Shown: positions 12,706 to 22,657 of the stretch, in pieces
How the letters are laid out: each line of letters begins with the position of its first letter
Position numbering within the stretch: the first letter of the stretch is position 1
Assembly: GCF_001194135.2 (NCBI RefSeq)
Contig: NC_068991.1
Span: forward strand, 22,897,118 to 22,961,117
Source of the DNA: Octopus bimaculoides
Lineage: Eukaryota
DNA: 64,000 nucleotides
Direction: 5' to 3'
Made by a program: the position numbers and the translations under genes
Notes under the pieces: generated by a model
The model's database searches: none
Told to the model about the DNA's origin: nothing
What the model saw: the letters and a program-made list of their open reading frames with translations, nothing else

Positions 12706-13128
12706 TAAATAAATAAACACTGGAAAATAAATAAATATTTTGAAGATGATGGAACATTTGCAATGGGAATTTAATTGAGCAGACTAAAAGAATATATAGG
12801 AATTCCCATATGAGCACCAGACAGTAAGAGTTAAATCTTTTTTTTTCTAGGATTCAATATATTTCCAGTAAAGTAAACACAAAATCAAGTTTCAGGGACC
12901 AGGATCATGGTACGTTTAGCTAATAACTTAATATTTTCCCTTTCTGTGCCAAATAAAATAATTAAGCAGACATTTGGCAAATTTCCTGCTATAAATCTGC
13001 AAATAGAATCAATTTTTTTTCACTTTCAGACAGAGACAAATGGGGAAAAGAAAAATTAGATTGAAAGTTCACCAGATTGAAATGGATTGAACTTTCACTA
13101 GATTGAAAGTTCACTAAAATACAGTTAC

Positions 13129-13295
13129 CTTGTTCCGGCTTTCTTTTGTGTGCCTGCAGTTTTCTTTATAGTAACATCCTGAAGAATAAGATCCTGAAGC
13201 AGAGCATTCTCTAGTAATTTACAGGAAACTGAGATCGGTGTCGCTTTAGGGAAAGTATTATTCATAACTGAGACTATAGTTTGAGAAATATTTAC
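13129..13295 (-). CDS. AFTPH: Aftiphilin internal exon (167 nt, phase 0 to 2)
   Basis: Long polypyrimidine tract plus ccacAG|GTA acceptor (13297/13295); donor AAG|GTAACT (13129/13128). Open frame VNISQTIVSVMNNTFPKATPISVSCKLLENALLQDLILQDVTIKKTAGTQKKAGT-; phases match both flanking exons. Not in the ORF track. Confidence 0.8.
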
Positions 13296-14163
13296 CTGTG
13301 GAGATAGAAAGAGGATGAAAGAAATTAAGAATTTGTAGCGTGTCTCAAAGATTGTTATAGAAATATAAACAAAGACTAATGAAAGCCATCAGAAAGCTGA
13401 AGAAAAGAGAATAAATTTAATGTACATGATATTTCAGAATTTATTACATATACATACAGAGAATATATATGCATTTTGTACAAAATATATACATTCATAC
13501 ACATGTACACAGATCTACACACACACACACACATATGTACATGCACACACATATACAGATGTATATACATATATATTGGTCCAATGACTATTCAACAACA
13601 TTCCATATTTAGTTTCAACTTGTTGTTTATTCCTGACCAAAGTCTTTCCAGAAGTGACCACCTCATCATCTTTTCAGGAATGGCATATCAAGGACAACAT
13701 GATTCAATGTATCATTCCTATTTTTTTTAAAACAGTAGGTATGATTTAATTGAAAGAAATTTAGCTGCTATTTTTAGCATGCTGAGAGGTCACAACCACC
13801 ACAAGGTCTAGACCTTCGCAGAGTGGTGGCTTGTGTGACAGAGCTAATGCCAACAGAGCACAAGCTCCTGGTAGTGCCTCTCATGCTGGATAGGTCAAAG
13901 GATAGAGGTCAGACTCTATTATGGCCCACCCCTTCCTAAAGGTTAAAATGGGTTTGCATAGAGCCAACACCTCTATCTTGAAAACAAGCAAAGTAAAAAA
14001 AACATCAATGACAATTCAAAACAACAAGACTTAGGAGAGGAAGGAATTTCCCTCAGGAAAATATATGAAGCATGATACTGAGATAGACCTGAAAAAGCAG
14101 GGATCCAATTGGCGTAAAGGAGGGAAAAAAACAGGCCAGAGTTAAGAATAGCGATTTGGGTCT

Positions 14164-14266
14164 CAGTCACACTGTGTGGCACCTTGGACAAGCATTTTCT
14201 ACTATAGCCTTGGGCCAACCAAAGCCTTGTGAGTGAATTTGGTAGATGGAAATTGAAAGAAGTTCA

Positions 14267-14331
<65 letters not shown>

Positions 14332-14560
14332 CATGTCCATGTGTCTTTGTGTCATGTGTTTCTCCACCCTCACCATTTGACAACTGGTGCTGGTGGGGTT
14401 AAGTCCCCATAACTTAGAAGTTCAGCAAAACAAAACTGATAGAATAAGTACCAAGCTTTTAAATAAAAAAGTACTGGGATCGATATGTTCAACTAAAAAT
14501 TCTTCAAGACAGTGCCCCAGCATGGCCACAGTCTAATGATTGAAACAAGTAAAAGAAGAA
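14164..14560 (+). mobile_element. Composite CORE-like SINE copy (5' truncated)
   Basis: GGCACCTTGGACAAGC...GGTAGATGGAAATTGAAAGAAG, (TG)n, second domain and GAAACAAGTAAAAGA tail. Confidence 0.75.
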
Positions 14561-15288
14561 GATAAGTCGTTGATGGTTTATGCTCAGTAAGGAGCAAAGG
14601 GCTTAAGTGAAGTAAGACTCCCTAGTTGTCTTGATATCTGATTAGATATGCTAACAAGACAGAGATAACTGTAAATATGACTGGTGGTAAATACCCCTAA
14701 GCTACACTATGGCAATAGCTCTGCTCAACCAGTTTTAACTCAGTAGTTTAATGTTTACTGTGATTGTTGTTTAGCCCCAGATCACCCCAAATCTATGAGA
14801 TCTATAATCAAAAGTCTTCATCAATGATCTCCCAACCTGTTTAAGGTACAATGTATCCAAGATTACAATAACCTCGATACACGTCATCTTCCGTTTCCTG
14901 CAAGGAAATATATGAGGGCAAATTAAATACTATTTCTAGCAGGTCAAGCAGCTAAGTAAATTTTTCTTTCACTTGGCTAGCACTAAGTGAAGGACAAATT
15001 ATCTTGCAGAGATAAAATAGCAGAAACAAATTATAATAAGTGATCTGAGGAGAAAGAATAACAAGTCCTCTGCAGTATTGTTAGTAAAGTGGTCACCTGC
15101 CAATATATGTGGTCTGAATCTCATCAGATGACCTATTTCTCTGTTACTGTGTCAAACTGCTTCTTAAAATGTCTAAAATCATTAATATTAACATCACAGC
15201 AGTTCATTTATAATTGGATATGAAAAAATTTGTTTACATGAATTTTTAAATATTTTATCTGAATGTATTTTTGCCTTTATTTCATTCT

Positions 15289-15357
<69 letters not shown>

Positions 15358-16081
15358 TTGTTGTTATTTTGGCTTTATTTTTGCAAATGTGGATATTTCA
15401 GTATTGATTAAGCAATTGATTTTATCTTAAGTATTGGACACTGAACTGATAGCAGCTTGCTAGTGGGCAGCTTTGTGCTCAAATTGTACCAATACTGTTC
15501 ATCTGTAATAGATTAGTGCTGTAGGCAAGGAGAAAGAAGTGTTTCCAATCTGCTTAATGCAACAGAAACTGGGAATAATCCCTAGGTTTATGATATAAGT
15601 AAAAAAATCCACCAAAAGATGTGTCCCAATGGTTGCAATACTTAGCCTACTATCAAGGGATCATGCACACACACACACGCGACGCCAAGTAAGGAGATTT
15701 CCACCCACCAGACACGCAAGTCCATAGCCACTAATACTCAACACCCCATTACCCACAAACTGTGTTCATCTTGTCTATCTTACAACAGGCCCATCGCCAG
15801 ACTTTGGTGCCTGGAAGTACTTCAGAATATTCTGGGTGGGCACTTATTTGTAATAATGCTAAAGTGGAGTTTTAAAATACGTGTATCACCATAAATCTGA
15901 GGGTGCACCATTGAGTAATGAGGGTGCAGTGCCATCTAGTGCACCCCCTTAGCAATGGGCATGCTCTACAGCTAAATATATGATCACCTTCACTCTGAAT
16001 CATCTGATGCTATATCACACCACCTAAACCAAATCAGTGCACTTTGTCCCTCCTCTACACCCGCTTATGAGCCATCATAAC

Positions 16082-16498
16082 TCTTTACTCTTTTACTTGT
16101 TTCAGTCATTTGACTGCGGCCATGCTGGAGCACCGCCTTTAGTCGAGCAAATCGACCCCAGGACTTATTCTTTGGAAGCCTAGTACTTATTCCATTGGTC
16201 TCTTTTGCCGAACCGCTAAGTTACGGGGATGTAAACACACCAGCATCGGTTGTCAAGCAATGCTGGGGGGGGGAGACAAACACAGACACACAAACATATA
16301 CACGTACATACATATATATATATATTCATATATACGACGGGCTTCTTTCAGTTTCCGTCTACCAAATCCACTCACAAGGCTTTGATCGGCCTGAGGCTAT
16401 AGTAGAAGACACTTGCCCAAGGTGCCATGCAGTGGGAATGAATCCGGAACCATGTGGTTGGTAAGCAAGCTACTTACCACACAGCCAGTCCTGTGCCT
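16082..16498 (-). mobile_element. Young composite CORE-like tRNA-SINE (resembles the described octopus OR/OK-type SINEs)
   Basis: Minus strand: tRNA-like head (TGGCTGTGTGGTAAG...GGTTCCGGATTC), CORE-like GGCACCTTGGGCAAGTG, internal (TA/TG)n, second domain CGGCAAAAGAGACC...GGGGTCGATTTGCTCGAC, tail GAAACAAGTAAAAGAGTAAAG. Nearly identical to 18961-19346. Further copies or fragments near 9410-9670, 19633-19785, 27555-27800, 28860-29010, 43100-43330, 43790-44000, 52030-52190 and 62190-62400. The family name is from memory, not from a search. Confidence 0.8.
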
Positions 16499-16606
16499 AT
16501 ATATTTTATTCAATTTTTCTTTCCCAAAATGAACCCTTCCTTTCCAAAAATGAACCAACTTTGATACANNNNNNNNNNNNNNNNNNNNNNNNNNNNNNNN
16601 NNNNNN

Positions 16607-16830
16607 CAACGGAGCATACTGGCTTCATTCCTTGCGAGCTTACGTATGTCCTCAGCAGTTACAGCCCATGTTTCACTGCCATGTAGCATGGTTGTTCGTA
16701 CGCATGCGTCATACAGTCTGCCTTTTACTCTGAGTGAGAGTCCCTTTGTCGCCAGCAGGGGTAAGAGCTCTCTAAACTTTGCCCAGGCTATTCTTATTCT
16801 AGCAGCTACACTTTCAGCGCACCCACCCCC
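16607..16830 (-). mobile_element. RTE-clade reverse transcriptase fragment
   Basis: ORF 16510..16872: ARIRIAWAKFRELLPLLATKGLSLRVKGRLYDACVRTTMLHGSETW, a classic RTE/BovB-type post-RT segment. Confidence 0.85.
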
Positions 16831-17559
16831 TTCTTTCCCAAAATGAACCCTTCCTTTCCAAAAATGAACCAACTTTGATACAGTTCACCCACCTCTCATT
16901 TTTCTATTTCAAATTACAGAATAAAACATCATCATCATCATCCTCACTTAATGTCCTTTTCAATGCTGGCATGGGTTGGACAGTTTGATAAAAGCCAGCA
17001 AGTCAGAAGGTTGCACTAAGTTCTACTGCTTACTTGGTAAGGTTTCTACAGCCGGATGCCCTTCATAATGCCTTTACATTATGTATTGGGTGCTTCTACA
17101 CGGACCCAGTATTTTTCTTGCTTACATGATGATAATGCTTGTTTACCATTGGCACACAATGTCAAGACAAAGAAACACACACATACACATGTATATACAT
17201 TCATGCATACAGACATAACAGTCTTCTATCAGCTTCAGTTTACCAAATCACTGACAAAGTTTTGGTTGGCCTGGATTTATAACAGATGACATTTGCCAAA
17301 TATTCCACACAGTGTGTACTCATGTGCTATGAACAGTGTTGTTTTTGTTGCTTCTACTGCCAAGAAATTGTCCACTCAATTTGTCTTCAAACACATGTGA
17401 AATAAGAAATCCTTTTCTTGAAAAACAGGTAATGTTTAGAGACAGAAAGGGCATCCAACCATAAAATAATACTTCAATAATTTCTTTGTGTAACTTATGC
17501 TGGCATGGAAAACAGATGCAAAATGAATGAATATAAATATATAAATGTATATATGTATA

Positions 17560-18290
17560 TATACATAATCTGGTAATTGTTCCATCTTCACAGATGATTG
17601 TCATTTCTCTCAGCTTCCTTATTGTCAATGCCATTTCTAACCTACCATCAACAACCTCTCAGATGACTGTTCACTCTCACTGCAGATCTGCATGGCTTGA
17701 TACATGAGTAACAGATAAAATTTGAAACTTCAACTGGATAGATTGGATCACTTTGTGAGAAATGATCACTATGAGAAATGCAATATGTCTCTTCAGACCT
17801 GAAATCAACTTGCAAGTTTTTTCACACATCAAATAACCCAGTTTAGGAGGGAGGACATTGCATACTGTTTATCTGTCATGGGACCTCAGATGGCTGACAT
17901 TCCCAGAAATGGAAAGAGTACACACCCACATGTTTCACATCTCCAGTACTTCATGTCCTCATTGAGGTTCTGATGACAGCCTCTCTGAAGTTAGTGTTTT
18001 AGGCTTTCATGCTCAAGGTGACCTTCAAAAGTTTTACAGCCTTCCCTTATATGATTCCTCCACTAAGTTCTTTCTAAAAGCCAGTTCTTCCCAGTTCTTT
18101 ACATTGATTTTGCACTTCCTTCAGATTGCCTTTTATGCAGTCTTTGTAATTTCATGTAGTTTGCGCTGAGAATGCTTTCTAGTGCACAGCTCACTGCCAA
18201 ACAACTGCCATAGAATCCTATTATCTTCAGTATGCAACATGCATCTGAGTAAATATGATGAGTGATTGGATGTTTGTGCATCCAGCCTTT
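17560..18290 (-). mobile_element. Decayed RTE-clade LINE 3' end with three C-terminal zinc-finger-like motifs
   Basis: NRILWQLFGSELCTRKHSQ...KCKINVKNWEELA (RTE thumb region), then WRCETCG..(fs)..VSHLRSH, MCEKTCKLISGLKRH and FICYSCIKPCRSAVRVNSHLRGC*. Confidence 0.75.
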
Positions 18291-18960
18291 TTAAAGACTT
18301 CTGAGTCAGGTGTTTTACTTTGCCATTTACATACATACATACATACATACATTCATATAAATGCTCATTTGTGCATCTGTATATTTGTTTGCATTTGCAC
18401 TCTAGAAAAGGTTCTCGCTACAACCAATGTTGTTGTTTGCAGTTGTCCTGTCAACAAATCATCCACTCACATCACATTTTCAAAGTCATGTGGAACAAGA
18501 GATCTCTTACATGAAAAGTAAGGATTAGTGGCAGGAAAGGTATTCTATTGTATCATTATCATCATCATTTTATTGTTCATGTTTCAACACTTGCATGGGT
18601 TAGATGGAATTTGTTGAAGTGGAGTTTTCTACAGCTGGACGCCCTTCCTGACACCAATCCTTGCCTGTTTCCAAGTCAGATAATATTTTCCCATGACCAG
18701 ACATGTTTTCACAGAAGGTTGGAAACAAAGGACACTACTTGTATGATGGTGACACTCATTTCCAACTCTCATGTGAAGTTAAAACAAGGAGACAGTAACA
18801 CACACACACACACATAATACACACAAGTACACACATATGATAAAAAAAATATTGCTATTAGTTTAGGAAAGAATGGTATAAATTCTTATTGCGGGAGAAA
18901 GAGATAACCAAGAGAGTTAGTGTGGTTCATGTTTTGATTGAAAATGTACATAATGTATAC

Positions 18961-19137
18961 TCTTTTACTTGTTTCAGTCATCTGACTGCGGCCATGCTGG
19001 AGCACCGCCTTTAGTCGAGCATATCGACCCCGGGACTTATTCTTTGTAAGCCTAGTACTTATTCTATCGGTCTCTTTTGCCGAACCGCTAAGCATCGGTT
19101 GTCAAGCAATGCTAGGAAGACAAACACAGACACACAA

Positions 19138-19174
<37 letters not shown>

Positions 19175-19346
19175 CATATATACGACGGGTTTCTTTCAGT
19201 TTCTGTCTACCAAATCCACTCACAAGGCTTTGGTCGGCCTGAGGCTATAGTAGAAGACACTTGCGCAAGATGCCACGCAGTGGGACTGAACCCAGAACCA
19301 TGTGGTTGGTAAGCAAGCTACTTACCACACAGCCACTCCTGCGCCT
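18961..19346 (-). mobile_element. Young composite CORE-like tRNA-SINE
   Basis: Near-identical to 16082-16498 with a ~25-bp internal deletion; B-box-like GGTTCAGTCCCACTGC. Confidence 0.85.
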
Positions 19347-19544
19347 ATGTGTATATATTGAATAAATATCTATATAACTACATGCCCTATGTATGTGTGT
19401 GTATACACACACTTTATATATATATATATATATATATATACAAGAATAAGGGCAGGGAATCGTCAATTAATAATAGAATTAATAATTAACAATTTTGCCA
19501 AGTAGTTCAGTATGAAAAAACCTTTATCGGTAAAACCATTTATC

Positions 19545-19608
19545 ATCATAAATATACAGGGATTAGCATTGAGTTGCAACTCAATGCTAATCCCTGTATA
19601 TTTATGAT
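19545..19608. repeat. Perfect 64-bp palindrome (no spacer)
   Basis: ATCATAAATATACAGGGATTAGCATTGAGTTG|CAACTCAATGCTAATCCCTGTATATTTATGAT, with the axis between 19576 and 19577. Confidence 0.95.
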
Positions 19609-21127
19609 TAAATATATATATATATATAAATAAAGGCACAGATGTGACTGTGTAAGAAACTTACTTCCCAACTACATGGTTTTGCCACTGTGTAGCACCT
19701 TGGGCAAGTGTTCTACTATAGCCCCAGACTGACCACAGCCTTGTGTGTGGATCTGGTGAACAGAAACTGAAAGAAGCTTGTTTTATATAAATATATATAT
19801 AAGTTATACCCTCCTTTCCTAAACTAATAACAATATTTTTTTTCTTTAACCATGAAAATGGCACAAGAAAACAGAAAATTACATTCTACAGATATTCTTC
19901 TTCTTTCAAACAATTATTCCCTTGTACATCAATATTGTCCAAAGTGTTTTACCTGCACCCATCAGACCCATTTTCAATCACAGTGAAAGTTGAACAGTAA
20001 ACAGAATAGCCATGAATTAAACTCTTGATCATATTTAATTGAGCATGGTTTTTGCCCTTCTTCACAATATTTATCACATACAGTATGCTACTTAACCTTT
20101 ACATCTCTTTTATCTTCTCTCAGCTCACAGCACCTCACAAATGTCCCATTTATATATTTATTTGACCTGCATAACTACATCTAATTTACAACTGAAATAA
20201 AGTAGTTTCCAGTGGCTAATTAAACAAGGTATTAAGTTATTAAGTCAAGGATTTTTATGTCATTAGTAGCAGAGTGCTATATGTACTGGCTTGGGTATAG
20301 ATAAGATCAAATGGTTAAGAAGTTTGCTTCACATCCATGATCACAGGTTCAATCTCATTGTGGGCTACCTTGCCAAATGTCTTTTTTTATGACTTCAAGT
20401 AGAACCAAGACAAGTGAGTGAAATTAGATAGTTGGAAACTAGTAGTAGTAGTAGTAGTAGTAGTAGTAATGCTGATGATGATATATGCTTCCATGAGTTT
20501 AGATCTAGAAATGAAAAAAAGACCATTCCCCTTCTGAGACAGTATACTAATTTACTGAAGGTAACATTCTTACATCTGTTACCTGTTAATTGGCAGTTCA
20601 CTGAAGTGAAGCCAATCAAATAAGTGTTATAATCTAGAGTTACAATGAAATACTTACAGCAGTTATCAACTCACTAGTTTTGATTTATCAGTCCAAAACC
20701 TTCATCACTTTGCTCTATCATCTTCATGGATAGTCTGCAGTGCCAAGACTACATTCTATTTTCACCAAAAAACCTTGACTCCAAGAAAAAGATTAGTTCC
20801 TTGATACATCATATCTCCCAGGTTTTATATATTTCCCACTGCAGATGGTATTTTGTCAAAATAGGATTAGAATGTAAAGTATTTGAAATAAAAAAAGCCT
20901 CTTCATGATTAGATCTACCAAGAATTTTATTTTAAGGTATCTTAATAACATAGGGATCTTTTAAATAAGCACACATTTCTAGATTTAAGTAAAGAAGATG
21001 AATGGAATTATGGTGTTCACATATTTTATTAAGTGTAATGACAACTGGGAATATAAGCCAGGCCACAGATTCAGTCTGACTGAGAGATCAGCTCTACCTT
21101 GTAAAACAACAAAAGTTCATATTTATT

Positions 21128-21337
21128 TGTTGTTGTTGTTTTAACCCCATATGAACTCTGCATTTGTAGACCTACGAATCAAGGGCATTCTAATCATGAC
21201 ATGGTGTGCTATTCATTTTCAGATATTTTATCTAGGACTAGGTGTCCATCTTTTTTTTTAAGACAGTAGTGTATGATTTGGAGATTAGGCTGCTATTTAT
21301 GGCAGGTTCAAGCAGAGGTTCTCTTGCTGGCTTGTAG
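21128..21337 (-). mobile_element. Copy of an abundant (CAA)n-tailed SINE-like family with a CTGCTAGAAATAGCAGCCAAATCTCCCTC core
   Basis: Diverged copies recognisable near 5135, 5500-5720, 7070-7260, 10320-10440, 13650-13800, 14770-14960, 34060-34230, 34860-35050, 35900-36090, 38436-38612, 39340-39530, 40395-40530, 41595-41800, 53545-53720 and 56750-57150. Confidence 0.6.
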
Positions 21338-21794
21338 AGAAGAATAGTTTTAATAAGATGTTATTGTTTTCACTTTCGGCATTTACCATTTCAGTTTTTT
21401 AACAAATACATGATTATAAGGCATTTCTTGGGTAGCAGAATCATGATTTTGCAACATACATGCTTTTGCCAAGAGCATTAATAATGTAAGTGAAGGTGTT
21501 TTCTAAATACATTCCCACATTAGTAACTGCTAGCAATTGTTAACTTAAAAGATACCAACAATTATACTAAGATTAAAGTCATGGATCAATAGCTTCATAA
21601 GGATAAGTTTTAGCTTTTTAGTTCAACACTTTAATAAAACAGAAACAACATGCACAAATACACACATGTATATATATGGTAAATTGGAAATGTTTTCATA
21701 AATAAAATGAGAGGACTCAATACATATTATAGAGTAAAATATATATTACATTATAGTAAACAGAGAATGAAGGATAATATTGACATAATTACTA

Positions 21795-21850
<56 letters not shown>

Positions 21851-22065
21851 ATGTACACATAGAGAGGCAGACTGACAGAGAGCCCAGAAATATAACTAAC
21901 ATTTTTTTGTGTAATATCTCAATGAAGATGGATAAATTCAAGTTTAGAGCAAGTGAGAAAGAAAACAGTAAACATTTCTTTAATTTGTTAATGTAATGCT
22001 GATGGTATTTGATGTCTTGGTGGTATTTGTCATTGTGATGGTTGTTGCTTCATTCTTATGCTGGC

Positions 22066-22451
22066 CGTGGAGGCGCAATGGCCCAGTGGTTAGGGCAGCG
22101 GACTTGCAGTCATAGGATCGCAGTTTCGATTCCCAGACCGGGCGTTGTGAGTGTTTATTGAGCGAAAATACCTAAAGCTCCACGAGGCTCCGGCAGGGGA
22201 TGGTGGCGAACCCTGCTGTACTCTTTCACCACAACTTTCTCTCACTCTTACTTCCTGTTTCTGTTGTGCCTGTAATTCAAAGGGTCAGCCTTGTCACACT
22301 GTGTCACGCTGAATATCCCCAAGAACTACGTTAAGGGTACACGTGTCTGTAGAGTGCTCAGCCACTTGCATGTTAATTTCACGAGAAGGCTGTTCCGTTG
22401 ATCGGATCAACTGGAACCCTCGACGTCGTAAGCGACAGAGTGCCAACAACA
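22066..22451 (+). mobile_element. Young full-length tRNA-derived SINE with 12-bp TSD
   Basis: A-box-like TGGCCCAGTGG, B-box-like GTTTCGATTCC and a CAACAACA tail, flanked by TCTTATGCTGGC at 22054-22065 and 22452-22463. Lies ~200 bp into the AFTPH intron, antisense to the gene. Confidence 0.88.
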
Positions 22452-22657
22452 TCTTATGCTGGCTATTGTGATAATTTTTCTTTTTTTCTGGTTGATATGG
22501 TGGTGGAAGTAGTTGCAATAATATAGTTTGATAAATTTTGCTGTTGTAACAATAGAAACAATAACAGAGATGATGTGATAGTAGTAGAGTAGTAATTGTT
22601 GAAGTAGTAACAGTGGTGCAGCTGATATATATATACAAGTAAATCAAAGTTACTTAC

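Noticed and set aside
16515-16881. ~50-bp direct repeat (TTCCCAAAATGAACCC...TTTGATACA) flanking a gap and an RTE fragment
   Set aside because: One copy ends exactly at the N-gap, so it cannot be distinguished from a scaffolding artefact. Not called as a long TSD.
22066-22145. tRNA-like sequence
   Set aside because: It is the head of a SINE with a TSD and 3' body; no complete cloverleaf or acceptor stem. The same applies to other SINE heads.
22463-22657. C-terminal 64 aa of the 740-aa ORF taken as genuine coding sequence
   Set aside because: A strong AAT|GTAAGT donor at 22657 gives an in-frame join to the next exon, and the extension is intron-like low-complexity sequence. Kept only as a speculative isoform.
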